This document shows positions 55,892 through 64,000 of a stretch of 64,000 nucleotides of DNA, piece after piece (positions within the stretch are counted from its first letter, which is position 1; each line of letters opens with the position of its first letter). This stretch comes from a virus. The stretch lies in IMG/VR virus record IMGVR_UViG_3300027833_001310, positions 28,053 through 92,052 of that record, one strand, 5' to 3'. The translations under genes were made by a program, and so were the position numbers. The notes beneath the pieces are model-generated. The model saw only the letters and a program-made list of their open reading frames with translations. It made no database searches and was not told the DNA's origin.

Positions 55892-56134
55892 TTAATCCCA
55901 ATCCCCGTCTTCGTCTTCGTCTTCGCCGTCATGTGAACTAATTTCAAAATGAGATACAATAGCGGCTTTCATTAAGCCATCAAACTCATTAATGCTTTCT
56001 TCAATTTCGCCAATATCAGCGTTATCGTCGAACACTCTAACTAGTACTTCAGCGGCTTGCAACTTGTCTTTCTTAGGAATAAAGTGTTTTGCACTATCCC
56101 ATAACTCATGTAAAAAACTAACATCATGATTCAT
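55892..56134 (-). CDS. hypothetical protein (80 aa, acidic tail)
   Basis: Coupled between uvsX and uvsY. Confidence 0.7.
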   Translation of the reverse strand: MNHDVSFLHELWDSAKHFIPKKDKLQAAEVLVRVFDDNADIGEIEESINEFDGLMKAAIVSHFEISSHDGEDEDEDGDWD

Positions 56135-57230
56135 CTGCCATATCCTCCATTTGATCTAGCATATCATTTTCATCGATATCGCCGACGTCTATTGCTTCTG
56201 CGTCTGGGTTTGAATCCCATTCGTCAATAACAACTTGAAGTTTCTCACTAGTCCAACCTTTCCTGAACTCTTTGATCTCTTCGCCTGTTACCGGTGATAC
56301 ATAAGATAGTTTGTTACCTACTTTTGCAAGTAGACCTTTAGCTTCTAGCATATCTACTAAACCGCTATACGGGTCCATTCCACTCTCATAAGGGATCTTA
56401 ATCTGTACACCCTCGAATGGCTTACTGTAACGTGACTTCACAACTTTACATGCGGCACGGATGCCTTGTACAGTTGAAACTTTGTTACCATCTAAGTCTT
56501 CCTTGAGTTTAAGTTTACGCATTGCAACTACAATACTTGATGCATAGATAAAGCCCTGACCACCTGAGATTTTATCATCTGGGTCAAACATATCTTGTGA
56601 TGCATAAGTGTGATTAGTTGCAACAATACCTACTGGGAACGGTGCAATCTGATTAACCATATTACGAACAAGTGCTGTAAGTGCTTTAGGCTTTCTACCC
56701 ATATCACCTTTCATGTCACCTTTTTCAAACTGATTCACATCAGTTGGTGTTAACAACATACCCAAGCTATCTATAACAAATAGTAGTTTAGGCATTTCTT
56801 CGTAAGGAAGATCGCTGTAGTTCGTTTTATAGTCTTTCATAAAGTCACTTAAAGTTTTAGCAACATCATCAATCATGCTAACACCTATCTTGAGAAGTTT
56901 CTCAGGAGTGGTATCTACATCTAATGCTTGTAGCCAATCTTCATCTAGTGCGTTTTCTGAATCCATTAGTACTACCTGACAGCCATGATCTTGTGCTGCC
57001 TTTGCAATGTTGCCTGAACAGATAAAACTTTTACCTGATCCAGACTCACCTGCAAACACACTAACTTTACCTAATGGGATACCTTTATTAAAGTCTCCAC
57101 TGATAAGATAATTTAGCGTGAGGTTTCCTGTGCTAATCCAATCCTGCGGGTCATGGAAGCCTGCACTAATTCCACTAATGGATTTAGTAACAGACGTCCT
57201 GAACTTTGTTAAGTCAAATGGTCTTTGCAT
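56124..57230 (-). CDS. uvsX: RecA-like recombinase
   Basis: GESGSGKS, DSENA, IDSLG, TNHTY, SGG. Confidence 0.92.
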   Translation of the reverse strand: MQRPFDLTKFRTSVTKSISGISAGFHDPQDWISTGNLTLNYLISGDFNKGIPLGKVSVFAGESGSGKSFICSGNIAKAAQDHGCQVVLMDSENALDEDWLQALDVDTTPEKLLKIGVSMIDDVAKTLSDFMKDYKTNYSDLPYEEMPKLLFVIDSLGMLLTPTDVNQFEKGDMKGDMGRKPKALTALVRNMVNQIAPFPVGIVATNHTYASQDMFDPDDKISGGQGFIYASSIVVAMRKLKLKEDLDGNKVSTVQGIRAACKVVKSRYSKPFEGVQIKIPYESGMDPYSGLVDMLEAKGLLAKVGNKLSYVSPVTGEEIKEFRKGWTSEKLQVVIDEWDSNPDAEAIDVGDIDENDMLDQMEDMADES

Positions 57231-57240
57231 AACAGTCTCC

Positions 57241-58272
57241 TTAAGAACGATTTCTAATCATGTTTAAAATATCATCTGCACTAGCAGTACTAGCCGGAGC
57301 CGCTTCTGCTACAGGTGCTTGTTCTACTACTGGAGCAGGTGTTACCGGAGCTGCTACTGGAGCCGCTACTGGTGCTACTGGAGCCGCAACTGGTGCTACT
57401 GGAGCCGCTACTGGTGCTACTGGAGCCGCAGTTTGAGCAGGTGCTGTAGTTGCTTGTAATCCTGGTGCTGGTGCGTTAGCAGGAACTTCAACGCCATATG
57501 GCTTGTAGAAGTTACCCCATTTTGCAGGATCATATAACTCGCCATCTACTGATGCCGCAAACATTTCGCTGATTGCCGTGTAGTGGTCTGCTGTAGGTTG
57601 TGCTGGTAAGTAATCTTTAAGATTATGTAAACCATTAGTATCAATAGCCGCTAGTTGAGTTTCATCTAGTGAACTCTCTTTACGAGCCCATTTAGAAGTA
57701 CTGTAATCAGCATACTGTCCTTTAGTAGTTTTACTAACTCTAAAGTCAGAACCATTAAGGTAATCAGTTGGAATGTTTTCCATATCTGGGTCCATTAATG
57801 ACGCTTTGATAATGTTAAAGATTTGAGGTGATATTACAAATCTACGCACTGGGTTTTCTGGTGCTGTTTCGTTCAATGGATTATCAGTAACGAATCCGTT
57901 AAAGATATATGAACGCTTTTTCCAATACTTACGACCCATATCTTCTAAAGACGGATCTTTAAACCAAGGACGAACCTCAGTTAGTACTGGACAAACTTCG
58001 CCATACATTTCACCACAAGGTACTTGTACAGTTACTGGTTTGTTTTCTCCGCCTACTACACCTGGGAAGGTGAGACGAATCATTTGTCGCTCTACCCAAA
58101 AGAAATCGTTAGTAGTATCAGCATCAGGTAAAAACCTAAGTGTAGCTGAAGTACCTTCGTCGATATTCCAATGTGGATAAATTGCGTTGTCGCTCTGTTG
58201 AGAGCTGTTTGAGTTTGAACCTTTCGATTCCATTGCCGAGAGCTTTGCTCGGATTTCTGCTAATGAGGCCAT
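57241..58272 (-). CDS. single-stranded DNA-binding protein (gp32-like)
   Basis: LRFLPD, C..CP, YWKKRSY, ADYSTSKW; Ala/Pro linker. Confidence 0.88.
   Translation of the reverse strand: MASLAEIRAKLSAMESKGSNSNSSQQSDNAIYPHWNIDEGTSATLRFLPDADTTNDFFWVERQMIRLTFPGVVGGENKPVTVQVPCGEMYGEVCPVLTEVRPWFKDPSLEDMGRKYWKKRSYIFNGFVTDNPLNETAPENPVRRFVISPQIFNIIKASLMDPDMENIPTDYLNGSDFRVSKTTKGQYADYSTSKWARKESSLDETQLAAIDTNGLHNLKDYLPAQPTADHYTAISEMFAASVDGELYDPAKWGNFYKPYGVEVPANAPAPGLQATTAPAQTAAPVAPVAAPVAPVAAPVAPVAAPVAAPVTPAPVVEQAPVAEAAPASTASADDILNMIRNRS
57358..57429. repeat. 21-nt coding tandem repeat (AAPVAPV)
   Basis: About 3.5 copies of tggagccgctactggtgctac. Confidence 0.85.
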
Positions 58273-58339
58273 GATGTTTCTCCTATGATTGCCATGTTTG
58301 CCATATGTGTTACTTGCATAAGTGCTCGTAACTGGGTTT

Positions 58340-58368
58340 ATTATACTTGCCTAGATAAAGAAAGTCAA
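58340..58368 (-). promoter_or_regulatory. sigma70-type promoter of the SSB operon
   Basis: TTGACT-17-TATAAT. Confidence 0.8.
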
Positions 58369-58422
58369 CCGTTTATTTTGTATTAAATGTTGACACATTT
58401 TTCTTTAACATGTTTATTTATG

Positions 58423-58446
58423 AAAAAACCCGCACTAGGCGGGTTT
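58423..58446 (-). terminator. intrinsic terminator
   Basis: AAACCCGC/GCGGGTTT plus T-run. Confidence 0.85.
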
Positions 58447-58545
58447 AAAATGGATTCTACTCTATGAAACAAGTCAATTGCTTGTTTATCACTAGTAGTG
58501 ATATGGACTTACTCTACACTAAGTGACGCTTCACAGCGTTTCTTA

Positions 58546-59808
58546 TTATAATATATCGTATTGTTCTAAGAAGTTTTCGTACATTGTACCTGCATCAACT
58601 GCTGGAGTTGGAACAGTAGTAGTATTATTTGTTGCTCCAAGTAAACAGCTCTTAATTGTGCCGTACTCGAATTGGTTCAACTGACCACCTGATGTAATCT
58701 TCCTACTAACGCCTTGTAAGTATTCAGACAGTTTAGTATCATTGGCTGCATAACTTAGTTGATTAACTTGGTGTCCTAGTCTTGCTTCTGCTGTAGCAAA
58801 GTCTACTAAATCGGCTTCTTGTAGTAAGTTTTTTAAGTTAGCAAAAGATTCTTTAGCAACTGCTTTTGTAATATAACTTTCAAATGCATTCTTTTTAAGA
58901 GATAATGATTTTAGTTGTCCTAACACATTACCAACTTTATCATCAAAATGTGATACTGTAAACTTGTCTCTTAATTCTATATCATCATCTTCTGAAAGCT
59001 CAACTGCTGTTGCAGATAAGTTTTCAATTGTTGTTTCGTATGTTTTAGCACCACTTAGTTTCTTAAATGTATTTTTAATGTTTTCGATGTTCTCTACTGC
59101 TAGTTGTACATACTCTGCATTATCTTCGTTCATGATCTTTGCTGTTCTAACATAGTTTACAAATTCTCTGAGCTTCTTAAGGTCTTGTGCCATTTCGATA
59201 ATACTAGTAGCACTCTCATCAAATACTTCACCACCCTTTTGCACATGACGAGCCATTGCTCTAGCCATTGCTAAATTGTTCTCAGGTAATTTAAATCTTT
59301 CATCGCCACGTTGTATAAAGATGCTATGTATGTTTCTGCTTCTTGACCCACGCACTTCTTCATTAACTGCTTTCTTATGTTTAACAACAATCTTTACATT
59401 GTCTAAAGATTGGTAACTTGTTTTGCTAGACCCTGACATTGTGTCGAATCCTTCTTTAATATCTGCCATGTCTTTCTCCGCTTGTTTTGCGATATCCTGT
59501 TTCTCTCCTACAGCCTTAATTTTTTTACCAAATATCTTGTAGTCGAATTTCATTAAGTAGTCTTGTGCAACATCTTTTAACATTGTTCTCACTTTATGTT
59601 CACTTAAATCTTCGCTAGTATTTAGTACCATTGTTGTTGTGGATGGATCTAACCTAACTAAAATATTAGGCTCAGATACAACAAAACGTGTTGCTTCTGT
59701 TGGGTCTATAACCTGCTTGCCATCTGCACTAAAACTGTCTACGCCGAAACCAAACCCTTTTAGTATGTTAAATGTTTTTTCTGCTATAACTGGGATATTT
59801 ATGCTCAT
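58546..59808 (-). CDS. putative virion/head protein
   Basis: Late promoter 59814-59821; follows the terminase; IKE/VNE sites. Confidence 0.65.
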   Translation of the reverse strand: MSINIPVIAEKTFNILKGFGFGVDSFSADGKQVIDPTEATRFVVSEPNILVRLDPSTTTMVLNTSEDLSEHKVRTMLKDVAQDYLMKFDYKIFGKKIKAVGEKQDIAKQAEKDMADIKEGFDTMSGSSKTSYQSLDNVKIVVKHKKAVNEEVRGSRSRNIHSIFIQRGDERFKLPENNLAMARAMARHVQKGGEVFDESATSIIEMAQDLKKLREFVNYVRTAKIMNEDNAEYVQLAVENIENIKNTFKKLSGAKTYETTIENLSATAVELSEDDDIELRDKFTVSHFDDKVGNVLGQLKSLSLKKNAFESYITKAVAKESFANLKNLLQEADLVDFATAEARLGHQVNQLSYAANDTKLSEYLQGVSRKITSGGQLNQFEYGTIKSCLLGATNNTTTVPTPAVDAGTMYENFLEQYDIL

Positions 59809-59824
59809 AATACTATTTATCTAT

Positions 59825-61405
59825 TTAGAGGAATCCAACTGGTAACGGTGCATCACCTTCGTCGTCGTAATCATCATTGTCTACAATACCACTGTTGACA
59901 ACACTGTAAACAGCATCTTCAAATGTACTAATGTAGTTAATCATTCTTACATTAAGCATCATAGCCATAACTAAGTCATCCATTTCGCCTGGCTTAGCCT
60001 TAAAACTATTACCCCTAGACACAAAGTTCTTTAATTCGCTGATTAATACTTTACTCTTAATGTGTATTCTATCTTGTTCTAGTAAACGTTTAAAGTTTAA
60101 ACAGGCTTCCATTTTGCTTCTATGCCCTGTGTGGAAACCTTTACGTCCACGTTTACCTGCAACCTTTTTAGGATCGTGTAAGAAATCACCAGGGAAGTTT
60201 TCTTCACCTGTATCTCTAATAACTACAAGTGCGGCTTCGCCGATAGTATTATTCTCAACTGTCCAGTATAAATTTTTACATCCATTATTACTTAGGTATG
60301 TTAACATTTCCATTAACATTCTCATTTGGCCTTCGACAGGTGTTCTATTATGTGCCCACTCGCCAACCTGTGTCATTGTAGACACATTCATAACTTGTAT
60401 GGCTGCGTTGTCGCCTCCTGTTCCACTGCTCGGATCTAATGTTAAACTGTATATGTGATTAGGGTTAGGTTTATCATACCAACGTGCTTCGCCCATTTTA
60501 CCTACAGGGTCAACACCTCTCATTTCAACTAACTGTAGAGGACTAATAAGTGTTTCATCATATATAATAAATTCACATTCATGTTCTCGTCTAAATCTTT
60601 CCTCACCGATCCTTGCTCGTTCCGCTGATGCCCATTCTTCATCACGCTCAGGATGAGAAATCCATGTTGACAGATATCCTTTGAATCCATTACGGCCTAC
60701 ATCTTGTTCATTGCCGTACTCGTCAAACAACTTGTTTGCTTCTGCCCAAATAAGTGCAAAAGTATCATCGTCACTGTTAGGTGTTGATGTTACAATACAA
60801 GCACCACCTGTACTTAGTGTAGGAGATAGTGCTGTCCAAAACTCTTTAGCAATACGAGGAGGCACAAACGCAAACTCGTCTAAGTAAATAAGTGTTAAGG
60901 ACATACCACGTCCAGTGTTTTCAGTTGTTGTAGTACTTACAATACGACTACCATTATCAAAGGTAATGCTACCTTTATTGTATTCTGTAACACCTGCTCT
61001 AATATGATCAGGAGCACATTCGTATGCATAACGAACTCGTTGCATAATTTCACTAGCACCCGACTGCTTGTGAGCCGCTACTAGTATTGTACTGTCTGGC
61101 TTGAACATTGCAAACCAAAGTAAGTAACCTGCTGCTACAGTGGTTTTACCCATCTGTCTGCCTAGCATGTTAATACTAAATCTGTTGTTGTTATAGTTTT
61201 CTATTAAGTCTAACTGATAGTCAAATGGTTCAAAGTCAATGCCGCCTCTAGTAGGATGCTGTATACGCATATGGTTAACCATAAAGTATAATGCACCTGT
61301 TTCAGGGTCAACACAGTTTTTAAAGTCTCGTAGAGTCTCTGGTGTGTATGCTACTTTAGCATAGCCTTGTTTGATTAAACTAGAATCTACTGTTCCTCTA
61401 GCCAT
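59825..61405 (-). CDS. terL: terminase large subunit (gp17-like)
   Basis: RQMGKT, YLDEFAF, TSTPN, LDPSSG, ENN, DDLVMA. Confidence 0.96.
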   Translation of the reverse strand: MARGTVDSSLIKQGYAKVAYTPETLRDFKNCVDPETGALYFMVNHMRIQHPTRGGIDFEPFDYQLDLIENYNNNRFSINMLGRQMGKTTVAAGYLLWFAMFKPDSTILVAAHKQSGASEIMQRVRYAYECAPDHIRAGVTEYNKGSITFDNGSRIVSTTTTENTGRGMSLTLIYLDEFAFVPPRIAKEFWTALSPTLSTGGACIVTSTPNSDDDTFALIWAEANKLFDEYGNEQDVGRNGFKGYLSTWISHPERDEEWASAERARIGEERFRREHECEFIIYDETLISPLQLVEMRGVDPVGKMGEARWYDKPNPNHIYSLTLDPSSGTGGDNAAIQVMNVSTMTQVGEWAHNRTPVEGQMRMLMEMLTYLSNNGCKNLYWTVENNTIGEAALVVIRDTGEENFPGDFLHDPKKVAGKRGRKGFHTGHRSKMEACLNFKRLLEQDRIHIKSKVLISELKNFVSRGNSFKAKPGEMDDLVMAMMLNVRMINYISTFEDAVYSVVNSGIVDNDDYDDEGDAPLPVGFL

Positions 61406-62222
61406 TGTTAGTTCCTAAATAGTTATGTTCGGTTGCATAGTCAAATATTCCTTGTGCAATTTTTTTATGTCCGTTAACGCCTGGGTGTCCATTAAAAGAT
61501 TCAGGATCAGGATCAACTATGTCTGTACCGTTAAACTTTTTGTTTGAGATTACTCGCGGGCCTAACTTTTCAGATATGCCGCCTAATATTCTTCTAGTAC
61601 CTAGTGTCCTGCCATTTACCCACCAAAACACATAATCAATATTATTATCTTCAAAATACTTTATACCCCTAGATAGGTGCATAACGCAATCTGTAACAAA
61701 TTTCCATATTTCTTTTCTACTTGCTACACTAGTCATTTCAAAAGGATACCACATCTTTACTTCGTCATAATATTTTTGTAGTTCGCTTTCGGGTATATCT
61801 GACATTGCAATTTCTTCGCCGTGCTCTTGTAGTGTATCATTATCCATATGCCTACGCATGAAGTATAACGTTAATTCTAATATATTGTCACTTGCAGGAA
61901 ATGAGACTGGTTGTACATCATTTCCATTTTTATCTTTAATTTGTTGCCATTGTCTATATCTTGCTGTTGTAAGCTCTATAACAACATTTAAATTTTCCAA
62001 TGAACCATGCTTTTGCTTGTATGCGTTGCAAAACTCTATGGTTTGATCTACCGAGGATTGTGGGGGTTTGCCGTTATAGCAGTGCTTGTATAGTTGATCT
62101 GTATTAAGCATTTCTGCTAAAAAATCAGCATAACTAGGCGCAGGAGTAACAAATTTTAGATCGTTGTACTCTTCATTCCACCCAGTTGCATAACTAGAAC
62201 CATTAACATATAAATCTGACAT
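61398..62222 (-). CDS. SGNH/GDSL-hydrolase-like protein
   Basis: YVNGSSY ... GHPGVNGHKKIA. Confidence 0.6.
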   Translation of the reverse strand: MSDLYVNGSSYATGWNEEYNDLKFVTPAPSYADFLAEMLNTDQLYKHCYNGKPPQSSVDQTIEFCNAYKQKHGSLENLNVVIELTTARYRQWQQIKDKNGNDVQPVSFPASDNILELTLYFMRRHMDNDTLQEHGEEIAMSDIPESELQKYYDEVKMWYPFEMTSVASRKEIWKFVTDCVMHLSRGIKYFEDNNIDYVFWWVNGRTLGTRRILGGISEKLGPRVISNKKFNGTDIVDPDPESFNGHPGVNGHKKIAQGIFDYATEHNYLGTNNG

Positions 62223-62233
62223 GCAGATATTTA

Positions 62234-62659
62234 TCAGCGAATGAGTTTGGCCTTCAGGGTATCGCGGAGTCTATCGATAATTGTTTGTTTATTAGTGGTG
62301 TAAGCAGGGTCTTCGTCACCGCCATCGCATGGAGCTTCTGGCTCTTCTTCGTGATCTGGGTGTACAATTACTGCTGTTTCAGGCTCTTCGTCACCAGATA
62401 CTTCAGCTTCTGGCTCTTCAGATGGACCTTCTTCCTTAGGTAATGTAATGCCTGCTAGTCTTAAGACGTCATGTAGTTCTTGCATACTTGAAGCATTTGC
62501 ACTAACTGTTACAGTAGCATCGCCTTTAGACTTAGTTTTGCTGTAACTTACATTCTCTCTTTCTTCTTCTTGATCAGGAATGCCATAAGCATCGCCCATC
62601 CCTGGCATCATACCTTCCATTAAATTTAATAATTTTTTGTTCTCGTCGTGGTTATTCAT
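62234..62659 (-). CDS. acidic putative head/scaffold protein
   Basis: LRLAGI motif, Glu/Pro-rich. Confidence 0.6.
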   Translation of the reverse strand: MNNHDENKKLLNLMEGMMPGMGDAYGIPDQEEERENVSYSKTKSKGDATVTVSANASSMQELHDVLRLAGITLPKEEGPSEEPEAEVSGDEEPETAVIVHPDHEEEPEAPCDGGDEDPAYTTNKQTIIDRLRDTLKAKLIR

Positions 62660-62671
62660 TATACTTTCCCG

Positions 62672-63367
62672 TTACTGCCTTGCTGCTGATTGACTGATGT
62701 TGTCAGCTTCTTTGGATTGCTCGCCTGTACGACCCATGTTAGGCTGGCTCATCATATCGTCATGCATTTGTCTTAAGTCATCACCCATCATTTGAGATTT
62801 TGTTGGGTAGTTAGTAAAGTAGTCTGCACCTTTTTCTGCTTTAAGTTTTTGTAACTCTGCTAAAAACTTAGTGTTGTATGCTTCGCCAAATAAGTCAAAG
62901 TCTTCAATTTCTGCGTTTTCTTTTTCGTAATGATCGAAATTTTCTTGTGCTAATACTGCATCATCTTCGTTTACTGTTCTATCTTCGTCTCTTTCTTTAC
63001 GCTCTGCAGCCATATCGCTTTCGATTCTTCTTGGGTCATTAACACCGTAGCATAATACTCTGCTGTGATCTAAACCTAAGTTAACTGCTAACCATACTTC
63101 TAAAATTCTTTCATTGACTGGGTATTTTAGAATAATATCTGAACTACATACTTCGCTAGTACACTGCACACCTTTATAACGCATAAATTCTATTGGGTTT
63201 TCTTCTATCGGTGTTCTTTTAAAGGGAGTAGCACTAACTAAGTTATACTTTGCTAAACAACTTTCGACTTTAGCCATGTGTTCAGCACTGCAATCTGCAG
63301 CGAACTTAACTCTGTATCCGTATTCCTTTTTAAAGGATTCTGTTATATATTCGTTTAATAATTTCAT
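62672..63367 (-). CDS. putative head protein with CTS-like leader
   Basis: MKLLNEYITE; late promoter 63400-63407. Confidence 0.65.
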   Translation of the reverse strand: MKLLNEYITESFKKEYGYRVKFAADCSAEHMAKVESCLAKYNLVSATPFKRTPIEENPIEFMRYKGVQCTSEVCSSDIILKYPVNERILEVWLAVNLGLDHSRVLCYGVNDPRRIESDMAAERKERDEDRTVNEDDAVLAQENFDHYEKENAEIEDFDLFGEAYNTKFLAELQKLKAEKGADYFTNYPTKSQMMGDDLRQMHDDMMSQPNMGRTGEQSKEADNISQSAARQ

Positions 63368-63422
63368 ATTGTCTCTCTAAGTAATCCAATCGTTACAACT
63401 ATTTATCAATTTGATGCAAAAA

Positions 63423-63899
63423 TTATTCACCTTTTATAATCTTCAGCAATTCGTTACGATCATATACCTGTGTAGGACCAGTGTCGTCATAACCATCATT
63501 TTGATTTTTTGTCTTATCTAGCCTTGCTTTTTTCATCATTAAGTCTAATTGTTGTAATTTTGCTTTTGTTTTTGTATCTTGTGCTTCTAATGCAATCTTT
63601 AGCATGTTACTTGCTTCTGCAAATATTTTACCTGCAGCCATATCGCTTACATTCATGCCTAAACTCATTAATTGTGCATAACTGTCTAGGGCTTTTTGTG
63701 CTATATCATTCATCTCTACTTCGTGATCGCCTAACCCTCTAACTTCTCTAAATGCATCATTGATCTTTTCTGCGATTGTTAATCCACTGCTTACAATCTC
63801 TATTTCTTGTTTTGTTTCTTCTATTGTAGGTACTTTTTCTTCTTCTAATGCTTCTTCCATAGATGGTAAATTAAATTCTTCTTCTAGTTTCTTTGTCAT
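63423..63899 (-). CDS. putative terminase small subunit
   Basis: Helical 158 aa ending DRNELLK; upstream of terL; function inferred. Confidence 0.4.
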   Translation of the reverse strand: MTKKLEEEFNLPSMEEALEEEKVPTIEETKQEIEIVSSGLTIAEKINDAFREVRGLGDHEVEMNDIAQKALDSYAQLMSLGMNVSDMAAGKIFAEASNMLKIALEAQDTKTKAKLQQLDLMMKKARLDKTKNQNDGYDDTGPTQVYDRNELLKIIKGE

Positions 63900-64000
63900 T
63901 GTTTAAATCCTAGTTTGATCAACTGTATTGTTCTACCGCCTATGTCTAGAGGATGAAACAATGTTTCTCGTTGTGTTTCGTGATGTAATGTGTGGAAGCC
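63896..64000 (-). CDS. 3' end of a gene entering from outside the window
   Basis: Open frame ...GGRTIQLIKLGFKQ* with ATGA overlap. Confidence 0.55.
   Translation of the reverse strand, partial: GFHTLHHETQRETLFHPLDIGGRTIQLIKLGFKQ

Noticed and set aside
57358-57429. Tandem repeat as CRISPR or contingency locus
   Set aside because: In-frame Ala/Pro linker without spacers
14265-61405. Introns/inteins in nrdAB, helicase, uvsX, terL
   Set aside because: Normal lengths with contiguous motifs
909-63742. Numerous short plus-strand ORFs in the track
   Set aside because: Shadows of well-supported minus-strand genes; only 10237, 11918 and 42655 are credible
1-64000. Stop-codon recoding or suppressor tRNA
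   Set aside because: Core genes are intact in the standard code, TAG and TGA end real genes, and no suppressor anticodon was found

Overview
64-kb segment of a large, AT-rich lytic tailed phage genome (jumbo-phage gene order, T4-related replication and packaging core), encoded almost entirely on the minus strand. Right to left in transcription order: putative small and large terminase; ssDNA-binding protein, UvsX, UvsY; AAA ATPase; TonB-dependent receptor; UvsW; a metK-apt-nucleosidase operon; clamp-loader subunit; thyX; a lipoprotein; MazG-like protein; a miniature Pol III alpha-like protein; primase and helicase; an ~18-kb block of late head-associated genes; exonuclease; tail protein; class Ia nrdAB; PAAR; a plus-strand S8 protease and radical-SAM-like pair; then accessory modification enzymes interleaved with 9 tRNA genes. 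A marine proteobacterial host is plausible but only inferred. Most notable observations: (1) many head-region genes share an N-terminal leader resembling the T4 capsid-targeting sequence, including a superoxide dismutase, a ligase-fold protein and a 1622-aa amidoligase/nuclease polyprotein, suggesting an injected enzyme payload; (2) a coupled SAM-supply and adenine-recycling operon; (3) late and sigma70 promoters placed 5-6 nt from the ATG, implying many leaderless mRNAs; (4) non-tRNA structured RNAs inside the tRNA operons. No CRISPR array, intron, intein, integrase or stop-codon recoding was seen. All calls come from reading motifs by eye; no searches were run.
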